Assembly (NCBI GenBank): GCA_977017575.1
Contig: CDRNVI010000053.1
Location: 744,001 to 808,000 of the forward strand
DNA from: Paramoeba atlantica
Lineage: Eukaryota; Protista; Discosea
Length of the DNA stretch: 64,000 nucleotides
Reading direction: 5' to 3'
The notes beneath the pieces are model-generated. The model made no database searches, was not told where the DNA came from, and was given only the letters and a program-made list of their open reading frames with translations. Both the position numbers and the translations under genes were made by a program. Position 1 is the stretch's first letter. Each line of letters opens with the position of its first letter. Below are positions 1 through 10,321 of the stretch, in pieces.

Positions 1-2124
1 TACATATGCGAGGAAAGCAATTCCTGCAGTGCACTCGCAGAAGAACTCCAGCAGCATGCCAATCGCATTCTTGATTGTGTTATTAACGGTATGCGCGATA
101 CCGATGAGGAAGTGTGTTATCAGAGTACGAACGCATTGTGTAATGCCATTACCTTTATTCATGGAAACATGGACGTTCCAGCGGAGAGGGATTTTATCAT
201 GCAAACTATTTGTGCGAATTGCGTGAACCATGAACCTAGAACCATCGTGAAAGGTCTGGAATGTCTTGTTCGTATTGCCTTTGAATATTACACCGTTCTT
301 TCATCGTACATGCCAGCGCTTTTTAGCCTTACCGTTCAGAGCATTCAGACAGAAAATGAAGATACAGCTCTTCAAGGGTTTCAATTTTGGACTACAATAT
401 GCGAAGTAGAACTTGTACTTCTTGAAGAACATGAAGGAGAGGACTGCCAAGGTTATGCCTCAAAAGCTGCACCTCAAATTGTACCTGTGGCCCTCCAATC
501 CTTATTGAAACAGGAGGAAGGTCAAAGTGATGACGATTGGAACGTATGCGCCGCAGGGGGTATATGTCTTCGAGGCTTCGCACAGGTTTTGAAAAATGAT
601 ATTCTGTCCTATGTAATGCCATTCGTAACAAACAATGCGAAGGATAGCAACTGGAAAAACTGTGACGCAGCGCTAACCGCCTTTGGGGGTATTCTCGACG
701 GGCCAGATACAGCCGCGGTAGGTCAAAGTATTACGGGGGCTATGCCTCTTCTTCTTCAGTACACAGCCAGTGATCAACATCCCATGGTGCGCGAGAGTGC
801 CGTTTGGGTTCTCTCTCGTATAGCTAATTTTCACGCTCCCGTTATTCTCCAAGAGTATCTAGATCAAGTTGTTCGACTTTCAGCGGGGCTTATTGGAGAT
901 ATCCCTTCTATAGGTAACAAAGCGTGTAGTATTCTTCACAATCTCTGTATTGAGCTGGAAGGTGACACAACAACTCCAGCTACAAACGCCATGTCGGCCT
1001 ATTTTGAGCCACTAGTTACGACACTTCTCCAGTGTATGGATCGTCCTAACGCTCATGAAAGTAACTTGCGTGGAGCGGCGCAGGAAACGCTTAACTCCCT
1101 ACTCAGCTGCGCGGCAGAAGATATATTTACTAAGGTGAACGCTCTGATACCTGAGTTCGTCGCTCGCATCGAAAAAACGACGGCCTCCATTACACCGGAT
1201 ATACCCACCTCGACTTTACAAGAACTCCAACTTACGCAAGGTCTTTTCTGCGGCTCCCTGCAGCACGTTTGTCATAAACTCGGAAAACGTCTCACAAAGG
1301 AAAGTGTTGCCCTGATGATGCGGGCGTGCCAGCGTGCCCTCGTCCCGGTAGGCGAAACAGTTTCTGAAGAGGCTGTGTTACTTGTGGGTGCCTTAGCGGC
1401 CGCAATAGGAACAAACTTCCAAAACTACCTACCCGATGTCGCTCCAGCTATCTTATCATCTCTACGAAACTGCAAGGAGCCCTCTTTATGCACTATTGCT
1501 GTGGGTACCGTAGGTGATATTGTTGCCGCACTTGGGACGCGCACCCCCGAATCTTTCTGTGACGAGTTCATAGGGGCCCTTTTGGCAAACGTTCGCTCGG
1601 ATGATCTTCCACAGAGCACGCGCCCTCCTATTCTTAGTTGTTTTGGTGACATTGCATTGCATACTGAAGGGATCTTTGAAAAGTATCTCCCTGTTGTAAT
1701 GAACGTTCTTGACAGCGCCGCCTCCGCCGTAGACACAATTGACCCGGAAAATGACGAAATGTTGGAATTCGGCGAGGATCTCAGGGAATCTATTTGCGAA
1801 GCCTTTACTGGAATAATTCAAGGAATGAAGGGAAAAATTTCCGTTTTAACTCCCTACGTCCCGAAATTCTTGCAATTTATCATGTCTAGTGGAATGGCCA
1901 AACAGGTTAGCGATCCTGTGCTGTCGCATTGCGTAAGTGTGTTGGGTGATTTGCTGAATGTGTTTGGTTCACAAACCAACCGGCAACATTGTCCGTCTGA
2001 ACTAGTCAATTTCGTACGAAACAAGCAAGTACAAGAAATGGTGGAGAGGGCGATGAAAAGCAATAATGAAGAAACTCGCGATGCCGCACAATGGACCCGT
2101 AAAGAAGCCTCTTCCTATCTGTAA
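1..2124 (+). CDS. KPNB1: Importin subunit beta-1 (karyopherin beta), 5'-partial
   Basis: Frame is open from base 1 (YICEE...VINGMR) to TAA at 2122-2124. HEAT-repeat protein with importin-beta motifs ALQGFQFWTTICEVE, acidic loop EEGQSDDDWNVCAAGGICL, NWKNCDAALTAFGGILDGP and RPPILSCFGDIAL. Confidence 0.92.
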   Translation, partial: YICEESNSCSALAEELQQHANRILDCVINGMRDTDEEVCYQSTNALCNAITFIHGNMDVPAERDFIMQTICANCVNHEPRTIVKGLECLVRIAFEYYTVLSSYMPALFSLTVQSIQTENEDTALQGFQFWTTICEVELVLLEEHEGEDCQGYASKAAPQIVPVALQSLLKQEEGQSDDDWNVCAAGGICLRGFAQVLKNDILSYVMPFVTNNAKDSNWKNCDAALTAFGGILDGPDTAAVGQSITGAMPLLLQYTASDQHPMVRESAVWVLSRIANFHAPVILQEYLDQVVRLSAGLIGDIPSIGNKACSILHNLCIELEGDTTTPATNAMSAYFEPLVTTLLQCMDRPNAHESNLRGAAQETLNSLLSCAAEDIFTKVNALIPEFVARIEKTTASITPDIPTSTLQELQLTQGLFCGSLQHVCHKLGKRLTKESVALMMRACQRALVPVGETVSEEAVLLVGALAAAIGTNFQNYLPDVAPAILSSLRNCKEPSLCTIAVGTVGDIVAALGTRTPESFCDEFIGALLANVRSDDLPQSTRPPILSCFGDIALHTEGIFEKYLPVVMNVLDSAASAVDTIDPENDEMLEFGEDLRESICEAFTGIIQGMKGKISVLTPYVPKFLQFIMSSGMAKQVSDPVLSHCVSVLGDLLNVFGSQTNRQHCPSELVNFVRNKQVQEMVERAMKSNNEETRDAAQWTRKEASSYL

Positions 2125-2555
2125 AAATATTCGGATTTTGGAAACATAAAAAGGTTTGAATTTGTGATTTCTCAAGCGTTGTAATACATCGCCTTTGTTG
2201 TCATTACATGTATACAAGTTTGTTTGCCTTAATATATCGTGTCATCTTCAACAGAAGTTGAAAAGGTGTAAGAAAATTGCATACTATTTAATTTAAAATT
2301 CATGTATCATGCATGTAGTTTACGAAAATGTGTTACATATAGATGTGCGACACCAACAATTTTTAGAACACTCTCAAATTACTTTTTTGCTACCGTACCG
2401 TAACATTTTTTTCTGAAAATACACAACCGACTTTTTTCCTTTGTATTTTTTTCTATGGGTGAGTCATACATGTCACTGTATATTTTTACAAAACTGACAA
2501 TACATATTTTTTTAAAGAAATCCTTACCAACATCTCCTTTCCCACCCTCACACAC

Positions 2556-3617
2556 ATGCTTCTACTGAGAAAAACCTTGCTCCAAAACCACCAACTAGGA
2601 GTCACCCCTATGTGGAAACGGGGACGAACACACAGTGACCTCAAAGACCACAACGGGGTCACTGGATTTCTTTTCGGTTCTCTACCGGATCGCGTACAAG
2701 ACTACGCCCGTTTTGCGCTCTCGGAAGGGATGATGCACGAGTACGCGCGCCAGGGATGGGTCGTGAGCCCCCGTCCCGTGATGTCACGCGCCCAACTCGA
2801 CATGCTCCTACACGAGATTCGCAACCTGGTCGCCTATGAAGGGGACGAGATGCCTCCCAACAAGGCGCTGTTGTATAATTACACTGACATCAACCCACTT
2901 GCCTCGCATCAGATTTTTTATAGTACCGGACACTGGCGAGTGCTTCGTTGTCTTCATGATTTAGTTTACCTCCCCGCACTCACGGCCCCGGCCTCGCAGC
3001 TTCTCGGGAACCGTGCAGTTCAGTTTCTCCACGACGAGTTGTTCTGTAAACCCCCTGAGAAGGGAAGTTGTGTAGTGTGGCACCAGAATGGGGTTCAGTG
3101 GAAGAACACGCAGCCGTTGCAACACGTCACCGCTCACCTCGCGTTCGATCAACAGAGTGTGCAGAATGGAGGGCTCCATGTCGTCTCAGGTTCGCATCTC
3201 TGGCGTGCAGTCGAGAACACGATTCCTATGACCGTGAGTAGCGACCCAGACCCGAAAGTTCAAATGGAGGCCGTGCTCTCGGCACTCTCGGAAGAGGAAA
3301 CTGCAAAATTTTATGAGAATGTGACATGCCCCAAGGTGCCCAGAGGTCACGCGTTGTTTATGCATCCCCTGCTGCTGCATGGGTCGCACCCGAATACGAG
3401 TGTTCAATGGCGCAGAGCGGGTGCAGTGCATTATTGTGCACAAGGTACGTGTGCGGTGAACACGGGTCCACTGTTTCAAGGAACGTACGTGATGCGAGGA
3501 AGTGAACCTCTGATGGGGAAATTCTATCCGATCGTCTTCGACCCACACAAAATGGCTGGATCGCAAGCCCCCGCTAGTCCAGCTGGGGCTCCCTCTCTTC
3601 CCGCTCCATCTTCTTGA
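2556..3617 (+). CDS. Phytanoyl-CoA dioxygenase (PhyH)-family Fe(II)/2OG dioxygenase, probably mitochondrial
   Basis: FCKPPEKGSCVVWHQNG (HxD-like site, D replaced by N), GGLHVVSGSH and FMHPLLLHGSHPNTSVQWRRA motifs. N-terminus MLLLRKTLL resembles a presequence. Confidence 0.8.
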   Translation: MLLLRKTLLQNHQLGVTPMWKRGRTHSDLKDHNGVTGFLFGSLPDRVQDYARFALSEGMMHEYARQGWVVSPRPVMSRAQLDMLLHEIRNLVAYEGDEMPPNKALLYNYTDINPLASHQIFYSTGHWRVLRCLHDLVYLPALTAPASQLLGNRAVQFLHDELFCKPPEKGSCVVWHQNGVQWKNTQPLQHVTAHLAFDQQSVQNGGLHVVSGSHLWRAVENTIPMTVSSDPDPKVQMEAVLSALSEEETAKFYENVTCPKVPRGHALFMHPLLLHGSHPNTSVQWRRAGAVHYCAQGTCAVNTGPLFQGTYVMRGSEPLMGKFYPIVFDPHKMAGSQAPASPAGAPSLPAPSS

Positions 3618-4843
3618 GTTTCCTTTTTTAGAATGGTTATGGAGTTAGCTAGATAACTTTTCACGTGAGAATTGTAAACGCGTATTGTTCCCGTATTCAT
3701 TTTGGTGTAAATCTTTACATGTATGTTATGGGGCTCTAAATTTATACATGTCCAGTTGACTTATAGTACTTGCAGTTGACATACTGCAACGTAGCGAAAC
3801 ATGTTCTTAAAACTCGAATTGGTATAAGCAGATTAAAATGAATAAGAACCATACAAAAGCAAAGTACGCTCTTTCATTATGTACATGAGAATGTTCTAAA
3901 AATGTGGTGGTCCGACATCTCCCAAAAATCAGTATGGAGCACTTGGAACCGATCTGAATGGGTTTGTTACGGAAGTGCGTTCGCATTTTCTAATGTGAGC
4001 ATGATCTTAGCCGGCTATTTTAATCGGAAATCCCAGAGCATTGATTTCGAAGATAGAGTGACATCTCGCCTGCATGAAATCTCGCCTGCATTGAAAGATT
4101 GAAAATAGATTCTAGTTAAAGAAATGCTTTAAAAAAATCTACTGTTCCACGAAACTTGTTTTGAGTGAGTCCGGGGAACGTATTTTCTTCTGTATTATGT
4201 AGTACGTACAAACGTGTATTAGAGACGACACCGGGATTACAGAATCGACAACATCTTGTCGGATTTCTTGTACAGTGTGCCGTGCGTTTAAAAAAAAGTT
4301 TTTAATTCTGCTAGAGATCTGAAGCTCGTTTTCATGACCCTGCATGCCACCATAGCCTGGTAAACATGGTTATTTGCTTGTATGTTAGCTCGGCGATGGT
4401 GTTCACAGAGTAGAAGTCCTTCTTCACGCTTCGCTCATACGAGAGGTACTAACGGTGCTTCAGAACTTGATTGACGTGGACTAGTTATTGCGTTGGGTTA
4501 TGTAGACACTTAAATTCTGCCTTGATTCAACAAATAAATAAAACAGTGAACAAACATTTTTGAAGCTTGTATGTGTTAACCACTTCATTCTCCCGCACGA
4601 ATTCGCGCGCAACTACCCTTTTTTCACCCCCTACCTAATAGTAGTAACTCTACTCCCTATTTGCCTATTCCTAATTATCCTTTTTGACGGAGCCTTGAGT
4701 ATGAGGCGTCGCGAAGTTTTTCGTTTTTTTACCCTTATTGTAAATCTCTATTGTTGTGCCCTATGCCTTACAAGCAGTTCACATTCTATTCTGTACTATC
4801 GTCTTTGTTTTTCTCACCCTTATTACCTCCTTAAAAACGATTC

Positions 4844-6850
4844 ATGTCTGGTGGTGAGATTGATGAGGAATTTTCTGGTATATTCGCGGGATCCACCTCG
4901 ATGGCCAAACTTATACTCAAGTCCAGTTATGATGTACAAAAGGTAACGTCGAGTTGGCCGGATGGCAACAGTGTCCCGTATGCTTTCCTGTGCGATGCGT
5001 TTGCTGATGTTTCCAACGTCAGTGCCCGGCTGGAGTGTATACTTAGAATGGCTCACTGTTTTCATGCTATTTTACACCGCTCACCCGACAGTCTACGAGA
5101 GGCAGTGTACCTGACGCTGAATAAGCTAGCACCTGACCAGGAAGGCTTGGAACTAGGTGTTGGTGATGCAATACTAACAAAGGCAGTGGCGGACGGGTGC
5201 TGTAGAACAGTGGCTTATATAAAAGAGCAATACCAGAAGACAGGCGACCTTGCCGAAGTAGCTCAAACGTCAAAGCAAGGTCAAAAAATGTTGATGCAGC
5301 CGAAACCTTTGACAGTGGCTCGCGTTTTTTCTTCACTCAAGTACATTGCAACGGCTTCTGGAAAAGATGCTCAAAAGCAACGAAGCGAGCGCATAACACT
5401 ACTCTTGCGTGAGGCAAAAGGAGTTGAAGTTAATTTCATAGTCCGTGCTTTGCAGGGGAAAATGCGAATGGGACTTGCAGAGCTTTCTGTGCTTGTGGCC
5501 CTTTCCTATGCGTTTTTCTTTCACTTTTTCCCGGAATATACGTCGTTTGGGGCGGAGGCTCTTCAAGCGCGGCTCAATGCAGTGGCGGAAGGCTTGCGTC
5601 GTGCTTACCACGATGTTCCCTCTCTAGATGTGATTCTCCCTCGACTTTTACAAGAGGGATTGGCGGCTCTACAACCTGGTTCCATATCCATAACTCCAGG
5701 CGTGGCCGTAAAACCAATGCTAGCACACCCAACAAATGGCATTAGCACCATTTTCGAGCGTTTAGAAGGTAAAGCGTTCACATGCGAATACAAATATGAT
5801 GGGGAAAGAGCTCAACTTCATTTTGTTCGGAACTCTGTGGATAATTCTCCCGTTATGCATATCTTCAGCCGCAATTTGGAAAACAACACCTCGAAATATC
5901 CCGATATCATACAGCTTCTCCCAACCTGCGTCTCAAAAGAAGTTAACTCTTTTATAATAGACAGTGAGGTTGTTGCTGTAGATGTTAAAACGGGAGATTT
6001 AAAAAGCTTTCAGGTCCTGCAGCATAGAGCGAGAAAGGACGTTAAGCAAAGTGACATAATTATACCCGTGTGTGTGTTTGCCTTTGATCTACTGTATCTC
6101 AACGGTGAACCTCTTCTACATCTTTCATTAGCAGAGAGACGTGAAAATTTGTTTGCTTCTAAATTGTTCGAAGAACATTTGCCTGAATTTCGTTTTGTGC
6201 AGCACGAAGATTGTCATACAACCGAAGCAGTTGAAACTTTCTTTCAAAAAGCGCTTGATGATGGATGTGAAGGTTTAATGATTAAGACTTTGACAAAGAA
6301 CGCGGAATACGTCCCGAGCAAGCGCAGTCATTCTTGGTTAAAATTAAAGAAAGACTATTTAGAGGGCATGGTAGATACTATGGATTTAATACCGATTGGT
6401 GCTTATTTCGGGAAGGGAAAGCGGGCAGGAGTTTTTGGTGGGTTCCTTTTGGCCTGTTATGACAAGGAAACCGAGCACATGCAGACTGCATGCAAATTGG
6501 GGACGGGATTTTCAGATACTGAATTGGAAAATTTAACGGAACAGCTAAAAGAATACGTCATCGATGTTCCTCGTCCATATTACCAATATGACGAGAAGGA
6601 CGAGCCAGATGCATGGGTAGCTGATCATATGGTTTGGGAAATTAAGGCAGCAGACCTTTCTATATCACCGCGACATTATGCTGCCTATGATAAAGTTGCT
6701 GACGGCAAAGGTATTGCTTTGCGCTTTCCTCGGTTTATTAAAGTGCGTGAAGACAAGGGACCTTCCGACGCTACTGATTCCGTACAAATTGCCAGTATGT
6801 ACAGAGCACAAAACCTAGCTATGGTGCGATCCCCCGCAGAGCCGGAATAG
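4844..6850 (+). CDS. LIG1: DNA ligase I (ATP-dependent)
   Basis: Active site EYKYDGERAQ, motifs IIDSEVVA, FAFDLLYLNG, EGLMIK, WLKLKKDY, ALRFPRF, and an N-terminal DNA-binding domain. Confidence 0.95.
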   Translation: MSGGEIDEEFSGIFAGSTSMAKLILKSSYDVQKVTSSWPDGNSVPYAFLCDAFADVSNVSARLECILRMAHCFHAILHRSPDSLREAVYLTLNKLAPDQEGLELGVGDAILTKAVADGCCRTVAYIKEQYQKTGDLAEVAQTSKQGQKMLMQPKPLTVARVFSSLKYIATASGKDAQKQRSERITLLLREAKGVEVNFIVRALQGKMRMGLAELSVLVALSYAFFFHFFPEYTSFGAEALQARLNAVAEGLRRAYHDVPSLDVILPRLLQEGLAALQPGSISITPGVAVKPMLAHPTNGISTIFERLEGKAFTCEYKYDGERAQLHFVRNSVDNSPVMHIFSRNLENNTSKYPDIIQLLPTCVSKEVNSFIIDSEVVAVDVKTGDLKSFQVLQHRARKDVKQSDIIIPVCVFAFDLLYLNGEPLLHLSLAERRENLFASKLFEEHLPEFRFVQHEDCHTTEAVETFFQKALDDGCEGLMIKTLTKNAEYVPSKRSHSWLKLKKDYLEGMVDTMDLIPIGAYFGKGKRAGVFGGFLLACYDKETEHMQTACKLGTGFSDTELENLTEQLKEYVIDVPRPYYQYDEKDEPDAWVADHMVWEIKAADLSISPRHYAAYDKVADGKGIALRFPRFIKVREDKGPSDATDSVQIASMYRAQNLAMVRSPAEPE

Positions 6851-6880
6851 GGGCAAGAATATAAGTATATAAGAAAGTAG

Positions 6881-8155
6881 GGGCAATGGGAACTTATATT
6901 GTACCCAAAATTTGGGTTTTTCATTTTTTTTGTATTTTGTCGCATCTTTTTGCTAATGTTTATTTTTTGGCTCTGTACATCTATCCTACATATTTTTGTC
7001 CAATATGTGCTCGTGTTCCGATCTTCGGTGCATTCTCCGATGGAAGCATGATGGAGATATCCCTGATAATTTTGTGTCTTTCCTGGTATCTCATGGAATA
7101 ATGCGACAAGATAAATGCCCTACACATAAATTGCCTGGCACTCCTCACAAGTCGAATCCCTCATTGTCCATTTGCTGGCGCAGAAATTGTGGTGCTAAAT
7201 GCAGGAAACGCCTTACTAGGCTCGCACCTTTTTTTTCTTCGAAACAAAAAAAGCCTGAAATGAAATTCATGCTTTGGATCAAACTTTGTCAACGGGTCGA
7301 AATGGCAATTCTGGCCTCACAGTGTAAGGTAGCCCGACGTACTGTTTTCAAATGGAAAAAACAACTTCTGCTATGGATTCATAAGGCCGTACTGAAACGC
7401 AACGAGGAAATCAAGTTCTCTAGGTGCGCAGTTGATGAAACCTATCTCTTTCCACGGAAGTATCATCGGAGATGCCGAGTGAGAAAAAGATCTTTTTACA
7501 TATTACTGGGACAATTACCCAGCTACAATTACTGGGATCTAAAGAGATGGTAGTTGTGGCCGTACTATACGGAAGAGCGTTGAAAAAAGGGACAGGACTA
7601 CTTGATAAAATTTTGTGAAAAAGCACACAGTGGACAGCTACCGCACGATCTTAAACACAGATGCTTGGCGGGCGTACCGTGGATTAAATGCCGTAAGAGA
7701 TCATCGAGTCGTGAACCATAGCACAAAAGGTAAATATCGTTTTGTTACAAAAGAGGGAATACATACAAACAATGCCGAGCCGTGCCACTCTTCTGTAAAG
7801 AGGGGAATACGAAAGCAAGGAAGACTCTCAATGCATCCGCATAAGGCTGATGAAATTGTTGCATTGCACACGCTGTTTTTTAAGAACGCAAACTGGCAAG
7901 AACGCTTCCGCGCTCTTTTGTTGGCTCTGAAGTCCGTAAAAGATGAAGTGGAAAGGGAAGAAGTAGAAAGGGACCAAGACAACGACAATGAAGAGACAGA
8001 AGATGACTCTGAATAAGAGAGTGAAGATTGGGGTGTGATTCAAGGTTTGTTGATTTGATTTGAATGCTAAGATAGACGAAAAGGGGGTAAAAAGTGGAAA
8101 AAGTGGAAAAAGCAGTAAAAAAATCATATGGGTACAATATAAGTAGTCTGTAGCC
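6881..8155 (+). mobile_element. Merlin (IS1595/ISXO2-like) DNA transposon, degenerate full-length copy
   Basis: 26-bp imperfect TIRs (6881-6906 and 8130-8155) begin with GG and share a perfect 15-bp core, ACTTATATTGTACCC / GGGTACAATATAAGT. Flanked by an 8-bp direct repeat with 1 mismatch (GAAAGTAG 6873-6880, GAAAGTGG 8156-8163). Encloses transposase remnants. Confidence 0.85.
6996..8016 (+). pseudogene. Merlin/IS1595-family DDE transposase, frameshifted
   Basis: ORF1 6996-7553 has a Zn-ribbon-like N-terminus, an HTH and AVDETYLFPRKYHRR. ORF2 frame reads VEKRDRTT**NFVKKH...TDAWRAY...HRVVNHS...IHTNNAE. Both match DDE_Tnp_IS1595-type motifs; frameshift and in-frame stops lie at about 7500-7612. 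Confidence 0.85.
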
Positions 8156-8363
8156 GAAAGTGGCATATTCTTGTTGCCAGTGAAGCACAAAATCGATAAT
8201 GTTATTACGAACACGATGAATGAATAACGTCATCTTGTAACTCAAAATAACAATGATCAGCTAAAAACAGCTAAAATTTTCAACAATTCAGTGTACTTTA
8301 CTCCTTGTACTTTAGTGTGCTTTACTCAGTGTATTTTACTCATTATACGTTTCGGTATCCTTA

Positions 8364-9203
8364 ATGCTCTACTATGATCCAAGAAAGCCTTCGCACTACG
8401 AAGAGAAGCTTCAATATCAAGAACAAAGCTCTCCGTTCCTAATAACTGATGACGTGTTGCAAACACAACTCAACACTCCGGAAAACGCTTACAGACGTCG
8501 CTTAGAGCTTACTCGGGTGGTAAACCCAAACAGCAAGGCTCTTGAACGTGCTGAACTAGAACTGGCCAAGGAACGTTCCCTGCTACGCACCGTACACGGG
8601 AGCAATCGTCATAACATCGGGGCTCGTTTGCTATCTAAAATGGGATTCTCTGGTGAGGGTGGACTTGGAAAGCGTGGAGAAGGCATCAGTACTCCCCTTG
8701 TTCACAAACTTTGGGAAGGATGTGGCCACCAAGATAACGCTCGTGGTCTTGGTGCAAAGTCGGGTCATATGGCGAATCAAGAAGGCGTTCCTACTAAGAA
8801 GACTCTCAGAGGGCACACACTAATTAGTACTGCTCCAGAGTCGCAGCAAGTGCAAAATCTTTATCGCACGTTGAAGAAAAGTCCCAGTAGGATTCTTAGT
8901 ATAGCAGGTGTACTGCATCGTTCAGGTGGCCAAGATGTACATGAAGTAGTACTGCGCACTGAAATAGAAAAGGAGTTTTTAAAGTACGGAAAACTAGAAT
9001 CTATTTCTTTTATTAGTAATCAGAACGCGGAACTAGATACCCCAGGCGATGAAATTTTTCTTTTTATTGAGTACTTGAATATGAGTAGTGCCATAAAGGC
9101 TGCGGAAGCCTTGGAAGGTAAGCTAATCCTGGGCAAGAAGCCACACCTCACATTTTATGATGAAAATTTATACAATAGAAGAGAGTTTAACATCCTTAAA
9201 TAA
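8364..9203 (+). CDS. SPF45: Splicing factor 45-like (G-patch plus C-terminal UHM/RRM)
   Basis: G-patch NIGARLLSKMGFSGEGGLGKRGEGISTPL and UHM IEKEFLKYGKLESI...IFLFIEYLNMSSAIKAAEALEGKLILGK. Confidence 0.78.
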   Translation: MLYYDPRKPSHYEEKLQYQEQSSPFLITDDVLQTQLNTPENAYRRRLELTRVVNPNSKALERAELELAKERSLLRTVHGSNRHNIGARLLSKMGFSGEGGLGKRGEGISTPLVHKLWEGCGHQDNARGLGAKSGHMANQEGVPTKKTLRGHTLISTAPESQQVQNLYRTLKKSPSRILSIAGVLHRSGGQDVHEVVLRTEIEKEFLKYGKLESISFISNQNAELDTPGDEIFLFIEYLNMSSAIKAAEALEGKLILGKKPHLTFYDENLYNRREFNILK

Positions 9204-9319
9204 TTGTTTACCTAAATTAAAGTCCTCTCCTAAGTATGTGTTGGGTGTTGATCACTAAATGAAATAAAAAACTAAATACTCACAATAGATTATTTTATTT
9301 TTTTCATTAACAACAAAGA

Positions 9320-9898
9320 ATGGCGACGGTTGAGGTTTTGCCTGATGAATTAGATCAGGTACACATTAATGAAGGATCTGCTTCGGAAGACGAAGTTCCG
9401 GAACTAGAAGAAATACACGTGGATCAAAACACTGCAGGATCGCCTGAGCGCAACGTTAAACAAAACCGAAGCCAACGTCGATATGCTAAAGTTATGGGAA
9501 AAATGGGGATGAAACCGGAAGGTGGAATTACTCGAGTAACCATTCGTAAAGCGAAAAACATTACATTTGCCATTTCACAACCCGAAGTTTACAAGTATCC
9601 CGGAACAGACGCCTACATCGTTTTTGGTGAGGCTGCCATAGAGGATCGCCTTCATGATGCACAAAAGGCGGCCGTGCGACAATTCACCCAGGCCGCCGGC
9701 ATGGGCATGCACGGCAGCCCCACCGATGGTCTGCCGGTTGAGGAAGAGGAGGATGGCGACATCAGCGCCGAAGGCATAGATGAGAAGGATATTGAGCTCG
9801 TAATGGCGCAAGCTGCTGTGACTCGAAACAAATCCATTCGAGCGCTTCGTGCTAACGACGGTGACATTGTAAACACTATCATGTCGCTTACAATGTAG
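9320..9898 (+). CDS. NACA: Nascent polypeptide-associated complex alpha subunit
   Basis: NAC domain (KMGMKPEGGITRVTIRKAKNITFAISQPEVYK) and C-terminal UBA-like domain (KDIELVMAQAAVTRNKSIRALRANDGDIVNTIMSLT). Confidence 0.95.
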   Translation: MATVEVLPDELDQVHINEGSASEDEVPELEEIHVDQNTAGSPERNVKQNRSQRRYAKVMGKMGMKPEGGITRVTIRKAKNITFAISQPEVYKYPGTDAYIVFGEAAIEDRLHDAQKAAVRQFTQAAGMGMHGSPTDGLPVEEEEDGDISAEGIDEKDIELVMAQAAVTRNKSIRALRANDGDIVNTIMSLTM

Positions 9899-10321
9899 CG
9901 CTTCAAGCATTTTTTTGTTATTTCGGTCTACAGGATTTCTCAAGCTTTCAAATCATTAGTTTGCCAATATTTTCTCATCCTAAATTTCCATTATTAACAA
10001 GATATTAACCAAATTATTTATGGGCGTGACAATATTGTAATTATGGAAATAACATATTTTCTCTACTGTATATCGATTATGCATGTGGTACACGCAGCCC
10101 CGTCCATTTCTCAGAGGCTTCTAATATAGAATATAGGCTTCTAGTATAGAATATTTCGACGTGCAAGCGTTCTCTCAATAAATTATACTCGCGTTAACCA
10201 ATTCCTTGGCTCTAGTGATTCTGAGGAATCTCTATTTTAGAGTCCTCCACAGCAAACATAACGCAAAATATATTTTTATCTTTTTTGGGACAACGTTTAC
10301 CATTTCCATAAAGTGCTAATC

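Noticed and set aside
3902-4560. Small ORFs in the PhyH-LIG1 spacer
   Set aside because: Short, no recognisable motifs and no consistent frame. A very decayed relic cannot be excluded but is unsupported.
4844-5000. LIG1 lacks a long N-terminal PIP-box region
   Set aside because: An in-frame stop upstream confirms the short start, but compact ligase I proteins are common in protists, so this is not notable without comparison.
6851-8177. Outer inverted repeat CAAGAATAT / ATATTCTTG around the Merlin element
   Set aside because: Only 9 bp in AT-rich DNA with no TSD; the inner boundaries explain the element better.
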